64,000 nt of DNA from Legionellaceae bacterium (GTDB lineage Bacteria > Pseudomonadota > Gammaproteobacteria > Legionellales > Legionellaceae), in contig JAFIFT010000016.1 in the NCBI GenBank assembly GCA_020831865.1, positions 22,780 through 86,779 of the forward strand. Reading direction: 5' to 3'. Made by a program: the position numbers and the translations under genes. Position 1 is the stretch's first letter, and each line of letters starts with the position of its first letter. Below, piece after piece: positions 1 through 9,217 of the stretch. Below the pieces are notes generated by a model. It saw nothing but the letters and a program-made list of their open reading frames with translations, searched no databases and was not told where the DNA came from.

Positions 1-133
1 CCGTTCCATTTTGTCCTTCAATACGTACCTGGCCATACGGTTTAATCCGCTGTTCGATGCGCACTCGATCCGAACTCGCTGCCCAGAGCAGACTTGGCAC
101 ACAAAGGGCGACAAGCATTAGCATGCGTAACAT
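1..133 (-). CDS. Cytochrome c5-like protein, N-terminal part (runs off the window edge)
   Basis: Manual translation from ATG at 133: MLRMLMLVALCVPSLLWAASSDRVRIEQRIKPYGQVRIEGQNG. It has a signal-peptide-like start and the 'RIxPxGqV' segment typical of cytochrome c5 N-termini. GAGA RBS-like sequence upstream. The heme motif lies outside the window. Confidence 0.6.
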   Translation of the reverse strand, partial: MLRMLMLVALCVPSLLWAASSDRVRIEQRIKPYGQVRIEGQNGT

Positions 134-337
134 AATATGGTTCTCTCAGTTACTGGTCATGGGTATAAGGCGCGGGTGTATGACCCGCCTCATCCAAATG
201 TATCTTCGCATACTATAACGAGAATAGCCCTGTATTTCCAGTGGTTTATCCACGCCCATACCAAAGGCAGAAAGCAGAAGCCCTCCTGCATCCTTGCCAT
301 CCATACCTGTCGCCAGGGCGCATGCCAGCGTTTGTGG

Positions 338-1366
338 TTACGCTGTCATCAGCAATTCTTCGGCATCCAGTTCTTCCAAATATTGATGATAGGACAGAAT
401 GTTGGTATGGCGGATCTCTATAAACGAAGGCGCAGCGAGCCAGGTGAAAAAATAGGGGGTTTTTTCGCCCAAGCGCTGACAATCCAACACACAGGACTCC
501 CAAGCGGCAGTGGAAGCCGGGGGCTCGTCCGATGGCCGTAAACAGAGCATTTTTTCACCGCTTGCCAATTGATCCAACACCTGGTCACTGGCGCCATAAT
601 CCAGAGCCAGATCATAGCAGGCACGCATGTCTGACTCGGTTTTTACCAGCAAATAACTGACCCTGGCATCCTCATCCAATAGCATAAAACTGCCGGAATG
701 ATCGGTCAGATAGTACTCACAAATCCCTTTATCCTGCAGGAGCTGCTGAAAACAGGCCGCAAACTGGCCGTCATTCAAACAACTGGGGTAGGATACCGAT
801 AGCATCCGTACCACCATGTCGGACATTGCCTGAAAATACTGCTGCTGCAGTTCTTGAATGTTCTGCATAATGCGCTCCGCCGCCATGGGATCGCTTTTTT
901 TTACAAAACGGTCAATCAGTCCTTCATTGAACGCGGCGATCGCCAGCTTTTCATCCGCCTGCCCGGTTAAGAGAATTTTTTTTATGTTGGGGTTGTCAAT
1001 CCGCCGGCAAAATTCAATGCCATCGAGTCCGGGCATGGCATAATCCACAATCACCACCGACACTTCGGAAAAGCGCCGGGGATTGTAGATTTCAGCATGG
1101 ATCGCCGTCAAGTCCAGATTAATGGTATGATTGGTCAAAGGACAGTTCTTGGCTTCGGTGTATTCACTCAGACAACGTTGGGATAATAAATCGAGCTCAC
1201 ACCGTTTTTTCTGAAGGTCATTCAATGCAATAAAAGGGGAGTCAAAAACCCGGTAAGCTAAACGTTCATCGAGTTGCAGGACAAAGTTCAGTAAAAAATC
1301 CTGACTGTCATCGACAAATAAGACGGTACTGGGAAAATAACAGGTTGGTATGGTTTGATTGTGCAT
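338..1366 (-). CDS. lqsR: LqsR-family quorum-sensing response regulator
   Basis: 342 aa. N-terminus IPTCYFPSTVLFVDD, then VVIVDYAMPG with Asp at residue 108 (the known LqsR phospho-acceptor position), KILLTGQAD, and C-terminal ILSYHQYLEELDAEE. Strong AGGAGG SD. Confidence 0.88.
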   Translation of the reverse strand: MHNQTIPTCYFPSTVLFVDDSQDFLLNFVLQLDERLAYRVFDSPFIALNDLQKKRCELDLLSQRCLSEYTEAKNCPLTNHTINLDLTAIHAEIYNPRRFSEVSVVIVDYAMPGLDGIEFCRRIDNPNIKKILLTGQADEKLAIAAFNEGLIDRFVKKSDPMAAERIMQNIQELQQQYFQAMSDMVVRMLSVSYPSCLNDGQFAACFQQLLQDKGICEYYLTDHSGSFMLLDEDARVSYLLVKTESDMRACYDLALDYGASDQVLDQLASGEKMLCLRPSDEPPASTAAWESCVLDCQRLGEKTPYFFTWLAAPSFIEIRHTNILSYHQYLEELDAEELLMTA

Positions 1367-1367
1367 A

Positions 1368-1380
1368 GCTCCTCCTGAGC
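1368..1380 (-). promoter_or_regulatory. CsrA-type hairpin over the lqsR ribosome-binding site
   Basis: Minus strand reads GCTC-AGGAG-GAGC directly before ATG: a 4-bp stem with GGA in the loop. A further ATGGA lies about 10 nt upstream. Confidence 0.5.
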
Positions 1381-1512
1381 AACGTTTCCATCACATCGGC
1401 AGACCAATGCTGATCTGCTGAATCAAAATTCCAACATGCTTATAAAATAACACGTTTGTATAGCATTTCCAATCATTTGTTGCAGGCTCTGCCAAAAATA
1501 CCAGCAAGAACC

Positions 1513-2220
1513 TTAAAACAGTGCTTTCAGAAACTGGGCCATCGCCTGCAGGGAGCGCTGCTCTGCCTGTGGATTATAGATCGTGCCCATCGCGGCATCC
1601 TGGGCTTGCGGATTACTAAAGGCATGCTGGGCATGTCCATACATATGCACCTGCCAATCCACCTTTGCCTGAGTCATCTCGCGGCAAAAAGCGTTGACCT
1701 GCTCCGGAGGAACCATCGGATCGTCATAACCATGCAAGACCAATACTTTCGCTTTAACAGATGGAGACAGCGGCTGCTCGGCTGGATTCAGCAAACCGTG
1801 AAAGCTCACCACACCCTGGACATCGGCACCACTGCGCGCCAAATCCAGCACACAAAGTCCACCAAAACAAAAACCAATAGCTGCAATGCGCAGATGATCC
1901 ACTTCCGCAAGGGTCACCACCGCATCCAAAGCCGCGATAGCCCGTTCCGTCAGCAAGTTTCGGTCAAGAGCCAGGGGTTGCATCAAGGCCTTTTTTTCAT
2001 CAAGCGTATGTCCCTGACGTCCCTCACCGTACATATCCACGGCAAAACCAACATAGCCCATATCCGCCAGCATTTTGGCCTTGGCACAGGCAAAATCATT
2101 CCGTCCACTCCAGTCATGAAACACTAATACGGCAGGTTTGGGTCCCGTTGCCTGCGGCAGCGCCAAATAGCCATGGCAGGCCAGTTCGCCATGATGATAA
2201 ATGTAATTTGATTCGGACAT
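1513..2220 (-). CDS. Dienelactone hydrolase family protein
   Basis: VFHDWSG, nucleophile elbow IGFCFGG, VLHGYDDP, and HAF catalytic His. Start set at ATG 2220 (MSESNY), preceded by AGGAG. Confidence 0.9.
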   Translation of the reverse strand: MSESNYIYHHGELACHGYLALPQATGPKPAVLVFHDWSGRNDFACAKAKMLADMGYVGFAVDMYGEGRQGHTLDEKKALMQPLALDRNLLTERAIAALDAVVTLAEVDHLRIAAIGFCFGGLCVLDLARSGADVQGVVSFHGLLNPAEQPLSPSVKAKVLVLHGYDDPMVPPEQVNAFCREMTQAKVDWQVHMYGHAQHAFSNPQAQDAAMGTIYNPQAEQRSLQAMAQFLKALF

Positions 2221-2565
2221 CGTTTTCTCCTGAACGTTTTTTGCCTTCTGATGCCAGTTAACCACACCGCATCTCCACACTGCACCCCCTTCCATCGCGT
2301 GATGCGCAAGGGCAACCCTATGCCATGGTAGCGAAAAAAACGGAGCTCCTGCAATGTTGCATTTCCCCCGGCGGTGATACGCCAGAAAAGTACCCGCACA
2401 GAGTATAGCAAAAGCATATGACGATACATATCAGCAGAAGGAAGATAATGCCGGCCAACAGCCCCCGGTTCACTGCACCCGGGCCTGCGGATGGGCAGGC
2501 TGTTGACGGGCAATCAGCAACATGCCATGATGCTTTAAGGCCTATCTGTTCAAGGGAGGTGAGCG

Positions 2566-4440
2566 ATGAGCTTTGCAAAAGGATCCCGACAAGCGCTGTT
2601 ATCTCGTTTATCCGAAAATAAAATTATCTGGGCACAAAAAACCTGGCGCAATTATATGGAAGGGGTCATACAGCCTAACGCCATCATCGTAGAAGTGGAC
2701 AATGAAGAGCAGGTACGCCAGACCATTCTTGCGGTCAAACAACAAAACGAGGCCCATCCACATCATAAAATAACGATTCGCGCGGCGGCAGGCTGGAATA
2801 ACCGAAAAAGCCCGCAGTGTGGCTGTTTTTGCTTTTGGCCCCACGCCCAGGAAGCACGCTATAATGAGTCATTTTCCTTCTCTGAAGGAGCTTCAGCCGA
2901 TGTGATTATTCGCTTCAGCAAAACATTCCAGTCGATCAAAAAATTAGGCAAAACCCACGCAGCGACTCAACAGTATCCCGACAATCCTATTAAAAATCTG
3001 CCCTCCACGCTGGTGCAAGTCAGTGCGGGAGTACAAATTGCCACACTGGCCGATCACTTAAGGGAGGCTAAATTATCGCTCAGTACCGTTAGTATGATTG
3101 CTTGGGTCAGTGCGGTTGGACTGGCAGCAACTGGCGGACACGGCACCGGACGTGATGAACCGTCCTTCAGCGGCCTGGTGCACAGCATCAGGGTCTGTGA
3201 TATGGACGGGGAAATCCGCGAAATCTGCTCTGATCATAAGGATTTTGCCAGCCTTTGTGGCGCCCATGCCGGTATGATGGGAGTCGTGCTCAGCATACAA
3301 CTAAAAGCAGTCAAAGCCTTCAATCTGGCAGAATCGGTACACAATTTCCGCAATGCGAAAACCCTGACCCCGTTCCTGTCTCAGTTTTTACGCGAAAATC
3401 AGTACTTCACGTTAATGCGGATTCCAACCTATCCCTGTCCCGGTATTGATGAAAAATCAAGGGATAAATGGCATGTGCGCCTGTGGAATTATACCTCGCA
3501 GCCGCGCACCAGCAAGCGCAGGGCTCCCTATACGGCGGATGCCTGCTCCTTAACTCAGGAGTTGAGCGTACGTGTTGGTGATTCCGTTCAGCAATATTTA
3601 CTGGACTCAGGCCTACAGCATTTGCTACCGGCCTATTTATTATTGACCGCAGCCGTCATCACTGGTACACGCGGTACTGATACCCGTATCGATTATGAGA
3701 ATCATATTACCCACTACCAGGCTGGCTTTCCCAAAGCCATGCGCGATGTCAGTTATCTTATCCCGGTCAAAGACCGCAAGGCCGGAAAACTGCTGGCTAA
3801 AATCTGTAAAAAAATAGACGAGCTCCTGCTCGAGGCTGGCAAGCGTAGCGAATACCCCTTAACCTACGCCGTATATGTCCGTTACCTCAAAGGAACCAAC
3901 GGTGGTTTGTCCAGTACCGCGACCTCCAGCGAGGAAGAGCGTATTTTAGCTATCGATATGGTGACCCATCCTGCTGCACCTGGCATTACCCGTTTTGAAG
4001 CTGCCTTTCTTGCCTTCCTGAAGCAATTGGATATCCAGCCAGCCTATCATCCTGGCAAGGACTTCCCCGATGGCATTACGAGCTATGCTGATTTTCTCAA
4101 GCCAGAGGCACTGGAGGACTATCAGCGCGCTATTACCGACTGGTATGGCGGCGAAGACACCTTGGCACGCAGTCCTTTTCTCAGCCCCTATCTGAAGGAC
4201 ATGCTTTTTGCCACATCCACATCGTCACCCAAGCTCCACCGCACAAAAGCAGCAGAGCCAGCTCCGGTTCCCCACCATTCAACAACTGAATGCTGCCAGT
4301 TTCTCGAAAAGCTTATCCGAGAAGTCGAAAAAATAGCGTTACCGGACGAATCGCTAAAAGAGGTCAAAGCCCATTTTGTGCATGAGTGCCGGGATAAAAT
4401 TCAGGAACTCAATCCATTGGAAACATCTTCTTCCCTTTGA
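2566..4440 (+). CDS. FAD-binding oxidoreductase, aldonolactone (gulono/arabinono-lactone) oxidase-like
   Basis: 624 aa. PCMH-type FAD domain (VQVSAGVQIATL, AATGGHGTG, SIRVCDMDGE, GMMGVVLSIQL) and a C-terminal YHPGK at the position of the HWGK motif. Strong GGAGG SD. Confidence 0.7.
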   Translation: MSFAKGSRQALLSRLSENKIIWAQKTWRNYMEGVIQPNAIIVEVDNEEQVRQTILAVKQQNEAHPHHKITIRAAAGWNNRKSPQCGCFCFWPHAQEARYNESFSFSEGASADVIIRFSKTFQSIKKLGKTHAATQQYPDNPIKNLPSTLVQVSAGVQIATLADHLREAKLSLSTVSMIAWVSAVGLAATGGHGTGRDEPSFSGLVHSIRVCDMDGEIREICSDHKDFASLCGAHAGMMGVVLSIQLKAVKAFNLAESVHNFRNAKTLTPFLSQFLRENQYFTLMRIPTYPCPGIDEKSRDKWHVRLWNYTSQPRTSKRRAPYTADACSLTQELSVRVGDSVQQYLLDSGLQHLLPAYLLLTAAVITGTRGTDTRIDYENHITHYQAGFPKAMRDVSYLIPVKDRKAGKLLAKICKKIDELLLEAGKRSEYPLTYAVYVRYLKGTNGGLSSTATSSEEERILAIDMVTHPAAPGITRFEAAFLAFLKQLDIQPAYHPGKDFPDGITSYADFLKPEALEDYQRAITDWYGGEDTLARSPFLSPYLKDMLFATSTSSPKLHRTKAAEPAPVPHHSTTECCQFLEKLIREVEKIALPDESLKEVKAHFVHECRDKIQELNPLETSSSL

Positions 4441-4606
4441 GTTGCGACTGCACCGCTTGAGTCGATACCTCATCCAGTGCACCAAAGGAGGCTAGCCATA
4501 GCCACATTGCATAAAGGTCATGACCCCAGGGCTGTCCCGCTCTTGGTAGAAATTTTTGTTGTAAACGACTAGACTTAAGTTGAATCCTAATTTTGGAGAG
4601 AGTTCC

Positions 4607-5044
4607 ATGAACGAAGCGACCCAAGCCATGAAGGCACTACTTGCCGATACCTATGCCTTGTATCTGAAAACGCAAAATTATCACTGGCATGTGCGTGGCC
4701 CTCAGTTCAAAGCCGTGCACGAGTTACTGGAAAACCACTACCTTGAATTGGCAGAAGCCATTGATAATATTGCCGAACGTATTATTATCATGGGTGATAA
4801 CGCCCCAGCGACATTTAAAGAGTATGATAGCTTGAAAACCATTACGGATGGCGACTCTTCCCTGTCGGCCAATGAGATGGTAACCAGCCTGGCCAAAGAC
4901 CATAATGTACTGGTGCGCGATCTCAATAAGGCCATCACCATTGCTCAGGAAAATCATGACGAAGGCACCGTCGCCCTGTTAAGCGAACGCATTGCCCACC
5001 ATGAAAAAGCGCGCTGGATGCTCGAAGCCTCTACCAAACAATAA
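4607..5044 (+). CDS. dps: Dps / DNA starvation-protection ferritin-like protein
   Basis: LYLKTQNYHWHVRGPQFKAVHELLE and DNIAERI signatures. ATG 4607 follows GGAGAG. Confidence 0.93.
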   Translation: MNEATQAMKALLADTYALYLKTQNYHWHVRGPQFKAVHELLENHYLELAEAIDNIAERIIIMGDNAPATFKEYDSLKTITDGDSSLSANEMVTSLAKDHNVLVRDLNKAITIAQENHDEGTVALLSERIAHHEKARWMLEASTKQ

Positions 5045-5069
5045 GCCTTTGCCAGGAACTGGTCTGGGC

Positions 5070-6425
5070 TTACATCACATTTAATAGCTCCTGCAAATGG
5101 CGCACGGGTTCGATGTGCATATCCATAGCCTGCCGTGGTGCATTACCCTGCGGCACAATAGCCCGTTTAAAGCCGTGCTTCATGGCTTCACGCAGACGCT
5201 CCTGGCCACTTTGCACCGGACGAATTTCACCTGCCAGCCCTACTTCACCAAAAATAATGGTTTCTCTGTCAAACACTCGGTTGCGTAAACTGGATACAAC
5301 AGCGGCAATTAAGGCCAGATCACTGGCAGTTTCACTGACTTTCACTCCGCCAACGACATTGATAAATACATCCTGATCAAAGGTAGCCACTCCAGCATGA
5401 CGATGCAAAACCGCCAGTAAAATAGCCAGGCGGTTATGTTCAAGTCCTGTGCTCAGGCGGCGTGCTTGTGTGCCGTGTGAGGTATCCACCAACGCCTGTA
5501 CTTCCACCAGCATCGGGCGTGAGCCCTCCCAGGTTACCATCACCACTGAACCTGGTGTTGCCTCAGGTTGGCGGGATAAAAAAATAGCCGAGGGATTGGC
5601 TACCTCTTTCAAGCCACGGTCGGTCATCGCAAAAACACCCAGCTCGTTCACGGCCCCAAACCGATTTTTTATAGCGCGAATCACGCGAAAACGACTATCA
5701 CTCTGCCCTTCAAAATAGAGCACCGCATCCACCATGTGTTCTAATACTCGGGGTCCGGCCAGAGCGCCATCCTTGGTGACATGTCCGACCAGAAAGATGG
5801 CGGTTTGCTGCGTCTTGGCAAAACGCAACAGTTGAGCCGCCGATTCCCGGACCTGCCCCACACCACCGGGCGCTGAACTTAACGCCTCTGTAAAGATAGT
5901 CTGAATGGAGTCGATCACCATGATGCGTGGTTTGTCTTGCCGGGCATGGGCAATGATCGCTTCTACCTGCGTTTCCGCCAATAGCCGCAATCCCGACAGG
6001 GGGAGTTGCAAACGGCGGGCACGCAAAGCAATCTGCTGCAGCGATTCCTCACCGCTCACATACAGGACTTTTTCTCCTTCCGACAGTTTGGCCAATGTCT
6101 GCAAAAGCAGAGTGGACTTGCCAATACCCGGATCGCCGCCAATCAAGACGACAGACCCATCGACCAGCCCCCCACCCAAAACCCGGTTTAATTCCGACAA
6201 CCCACAGTCCAGTCGTTCTTGCTGCTGCAGGCTTATCTCTTCAACCGCGGTGATCAGCGAGCGTTCATTGGCCCAGTTGCCAGGGCCGGATTTTTTGTGC
6301 AGCGCCTGGGCGCCCATCTCCTCGCTCATCGAGTTCCAGGCCGAGCATTGGGTACACTGCCCAGACCATTGCGCATAGACGGCCGCACATTGCCCGCAGA
6401 TAAAACGACTTTTAACTTTACTCAT
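5070..6425 (-). CDS. radA: DNA repair protein RadA/Sms
   Basis: C4 zinc finger (CGQC...CTQC), Walker A GGDPGIGKS, KNRFG motif, Lon-like C-terminus. Confidence 0.97.
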   Translation of the reverse strand: MSKVKSRFICGQCAAVYAQWSGQCTQCSAWNSMSEEMGAQALHKKSGPGNWANERSLITAVEEISLQQQERLDCGLSELNRVLGGGLVDGSVVLIGGDPGIGKSTLLLQTLAKLSEGEKVLYVSGEESLQQIALRARRLQLPLSGLRLLAETQVEAIIAHARQDKPRIMVIDSIQTIFTEALSSAPGGVGQVRESAAQLLRFAKTQQTAIFLVGHVTKDGALAGPRVLEHMVDAVLYFEGQSDSRFRVIRAIKNRFGAVNELGVFAMTDRGLKEVANPSAIFLSRQPEATPGSVVMVTWEGSRPMLVEVQALVDTSHGTQARRLSTGLEHNRLAILLAVLHRHAGVATFDQDVFINVVGGVKVSETASDLALIAAVVSSLRNRVFDRETIIFGEVGLAGEIRPVQSGQERLREAMKHGFKRAIVPQGNAPRQAMDMHIEPVRHLQELLNVM

Positions 6426-6456
6426 TGCGGCACATCAGCATTCCAGGGGTGCTCCG

Positions 6457-7737
6457 TCACTCAACATCAATGCGCTCCAGTCCATCCATATAGGGTTGCA
6501 GTGCGGCTGGAATGTGAATAGCCCCTTCCTCGGTTTGATAATTTTCCAGAATGGCTACCAGAGTACGACCGACTGCCAAACCGGAGCCATTAAGGGTATG
6601 CACCCATTCGGTTTGCTTACTGCCTTCCGATCGAAAACGGGCTTTCAAACGCCGCGCCTGAAAGGCTTCCATATTCGAGCAGGAAGAAATTTCACGATAG
6701 CAGTTCTGGCTGGGCAGCCAGACTTCCAAGTCAAAGGTTTTGGCTGCGCTGGCACCCATATCGCCGGTACACAGGCTGACGACCCGATAGGGCAGTGCCA
6801 GTTTTTGTAAAATAGCCTCAGCGTGCGTGCGCAGTTGCGCCAGTGCATCATAGGACTGATCGGGATGACAGACCCAGACCAACTCCACTTTTTCAAACTG
6901 GTGTTGACGGATCATCCCTTTGGTATCACGCCCATAGGAACCGGCTTCACTACGAAAACACGGTGAATGACAGACCCAGCGCAAAGGCAGATCTGCAGCG
7001 GCAAGAATGTCATCGCGGACGATGTTGGTTACCGGAATTTCTGCCGTGGAGGTTAAATAATATTCCTGATCGCCCGTAAGTTTAAAAAGATCTTCAGAAA
7101 ATTTGGGCAATTGGCCAGTACCGTATAAGCTGTGCTGATTAACGATATAGGGCACATAAACTTCCTGGTAGGCGTGTTCCTTGGAGTGCACATCCATCAT
7201 AAATTGAATCAGCGCGCGATGCAGCCTGGCAATCTGGCGATGCATCACGACAAAACGACTACCGGTAATTTTAGCCGCCATAGCGAAATCCATCTGCCCC
7301 AAGCGCTCCCCCAGCTCATCATGCGAGCGCGGGGTGAACGAAAATTCCGGTGGCTGGCCAACGCGGCATATTTCCACATTATCGGTTTCATCTTTGCCGA
7401 CCGGTACTGATTCGTGTGGGAGGTTAGGGAGGCTCAACAGCAGCTGCTCCATTTCGGCCAGCAGGTTGTCCAGTGCTGTTTTTTTCTCTGTGAGTTGCTC
7501 CGCCAGCGCCCCCATGCTCTGTTGCAAGGCAGCGAAGTCCTCCCCCCGTTGGCGCAAACGGCCAATGTCTTTGGAATGGCTATTACGCTGCGCCTGTAAT
7601 TCCTGCGTTTCAATCTGTAAATGTTTACGCGCGGCTTCCAGCGTCTTGAAACGCTCACTATCAAAAGCAAAGCCACGGCCTTGCAGTTGCTGGGCGACCC
7701 AATCCGGGTTGTCGCGCAAGACTTGTATGTCCAACAT
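6457..7737 (-). CDS. serS: Serine--tRNA ligase
   Basis: MLDIQVLR start, coiled-coil arm, [30 protein letters not shown]. Confidence 0.98.
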   Translation of the reverse strand: MLDIQVLRDNPDWVAQQLQGRGFAFDSERFKTLEAARKHLQIETQELQAQRNSHSKDIGRLRQRGEDFAALQQSMGALAEQLTEKKTALDNLLAEMEQLLLSLPNLPHESVPVGKDETDNVEICRVGQPPEFSFTPRSHDELGERLGQMDFAMAAKITGSRFVVMHRQIARLHRALIQFMMDVHSKEHAYQEVYVPYIVNQHSLYGTGQLPKFSEDLFKLTGDQEYYLTSTAEIPVTNIVRDDILAAADLPLRWVCHSPCFRSEAGSYGRDTKGMIRQHQFEKVELVWVCHPDQSYDALAQLRTHAEAILQKLALPYRVVSLCTGDMGASAAKTFDLEVWLPSQNCYREISSCSNMEAFQARRLKARFRSEGSKQTEWVHTLNGSGLAVGRTLVAILENYQTEEGAIHIPAALQPYMDGLERIDVE

Positions 7738-7847
7738 AAGCTATACCTCATTGTAAACGGTCTGTCAGGGCTGCAGAAAGGGGTTGGGCCGTAGCAGCCG
7801 CAGTCCATCATGCACACCCGGCCTTCAGTCCTGTTCTCTCATCATCG

Positions 7848-8618
7848 CTAACGGACAATACCCCGGGTTGCGGTATTGAGCGCATCCCGCATCGGAATAA
7901 CCTCTGGCACATCCTGTTGCATACACTCCAGTTCCGCTAAGGCCTGCTGCACGGTTAATCCCTTGCGAAAGACAATTTTGTAGGCTCGACGCAAAGCATC
8001 TATCGTTTCCGAAGAAAAGCCCCTGCGCCGCAGACCTACGGTGTTAATTCCGCAAGCGGAGGTTTGGTGTCCGGCAATCATCACATAAGGCAAGACATCC
8101 TTTGTGACGTAGGTTGCACGGGCAATAAACGCATAGGAACCGACATGGCAGAACTGATGGACTGCGGCATAAGCCCCGATAATGGCATAATCATGCAGGG
8201 TCACATGTCCCGATAACGCAGAATAGTTAACCATAATAATTTCATTGCCCACGACACAATCATGACCGATATGGGCGTAAGCCATGAAAAAATTCTTATG
8301 GCCAATCCGGGTTAATCCGCCCCCTTTCACCGTTCCACGGCTAATCATGCAGTATTCCCGAATCACATTGTCATCCCCGATCTCCAATCGAGTCGGCTCA
8401 TTGGCATAAGTGGTATCCTGCGGCGCATCCCCGACGGAGGCAAACTGAAATATTTTGTTATTTTTACCAATCCGGGTGGGGCCTTCAATCACAACATGCG
8501 GACCGATCCAGGTCCCTTCCCCTATTTCCACATCGGCGCCAATAATGCTGCCAGGACCGATCGTCACTCCCTCTGCAATTTTGGCGGAAGGATGTATTAT
8601 GGCATTTTTATCAATCAC
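7848..8618 (-). CDS. lpxA: UDP-N-acetylglucosamine acyltransferase
   Basis: Hexapeptide repeats, HIGHDC, VHQFC. GTG start at 8618 overlaps the fabZ stop. Confidence 0.95.
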   Translation of the reverse strand: MIDKNAIIHPSAKIAEGVTIGPGSIIGADVEIGEGTWIGPHVVIEGPTRIGKNNKIFQFASVGDAPQDTTYANEPTRLEIGDDNVIREYCMISRGTVKGGGLTRIGHKNFFMAYAHIGHDCVVGNEIIMVNYSALSGHVTLHDYAIIGAYAAVHQFCHVGSYAFIARATYVTKDVLPYVMIAGHQTSACGINTVGLRRRGFSSETIDALRRAYKIVFRKGLTVQQALAELECMQQDVPEVIPMRDALNTATRGIVR

Positions 8619-9066
8619 TTTTAACTTCCTTAACGGCACTTAACAAATCGGCGGAACAGGCAATTTTATCGTCCACAATAGCCTCGGCGTGCATTTGCCA
8701 AAAATCACGTTTTTGGCCTGTCAGTCGCACTTCCAGACGCAAGGTATCCCCAGGAACGACCATACGTTTAAATTTGGCATTGTCGATACCCGCAAAATAA
8801 AACATAAAGCGATGCCCCTCTTTGGCGGTACGCGATAAATTGGACAAAATAGCAGAAGCCTGGGCCAGCGCTTCCAACATGAGCACCCCTGGCATGATCG
8901 GATCGCCCGGAAAATGGCCATTAAAAAAAGGCTCATTCATCGTGACATTTTTGATCGCATTCAGATAATCGAGAGGCTTGTAGTCCAACACTCGGTCCAC
9001 CAATAAAAAAGGGTAGCGATGGGGCAGCATTCGCAGAATATCACGCATTTCAATTCGTTCACTCAT
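8611..9066 (-). CDS. fabZ: 3-hydroxyacyl-ACP dehydratase
   Basis: [28 protein letters not shown]. Confidence 0.97.
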   Translation of the reverse strand: MSERIEMRDILRMLPHRYPFLLVDRVLDYKPLDYLNAIKNVTMNEPFFNGHFPGDPIMPGVLMLEALAQASAILSNLSRTAKEGHRFMFYFAGIDNAKFKRMVVPGDTLRLEVRLTGQKRDFWQMHAEAIVDDKIACSADLLSAVKEVKSD

Positions 9067-9217
9067 AGCATCACTCAATTATTATCATCCACTAGGATCC
9101 GTTCGCGATAAAGGGTTTCCGTTAGCCGGTTTATCGCATCAAAAAATGCACCTGAAGCTTAGAGCATCCCGGTACATAGGCACCATTTCACTGACAGCTG
9201 CCCGGCTTGCAGCTGGT

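Noticed and set aside
2318-2578. 86-aa minus-strand ORF with a hydrophobic, Cys-rich stretch
   Set aside because: TTG start with no SD, overlapping the oxidase start. The hydrophobic stretch coincides with an AT-rich promoter-like segment (TGC-TATACT) serving the DLH gene. Probably spurious; ribosome profiling would settle it.
4546-4559. GTAGAAATTTTTGT upstream of dps resembling the LetA box TNAGAAATTTCTNA
   Set aside because: Three mismatches break the palindrome, and known LetA boxes precede rsm sRNA genes.
7760-7830. GATGG-containing GC-rich sequence between lpxA and serS, considered as a fluoride riboswitch relic
   Set aside because: Lacks the rest of the crcB-motif consensus and its pairing.
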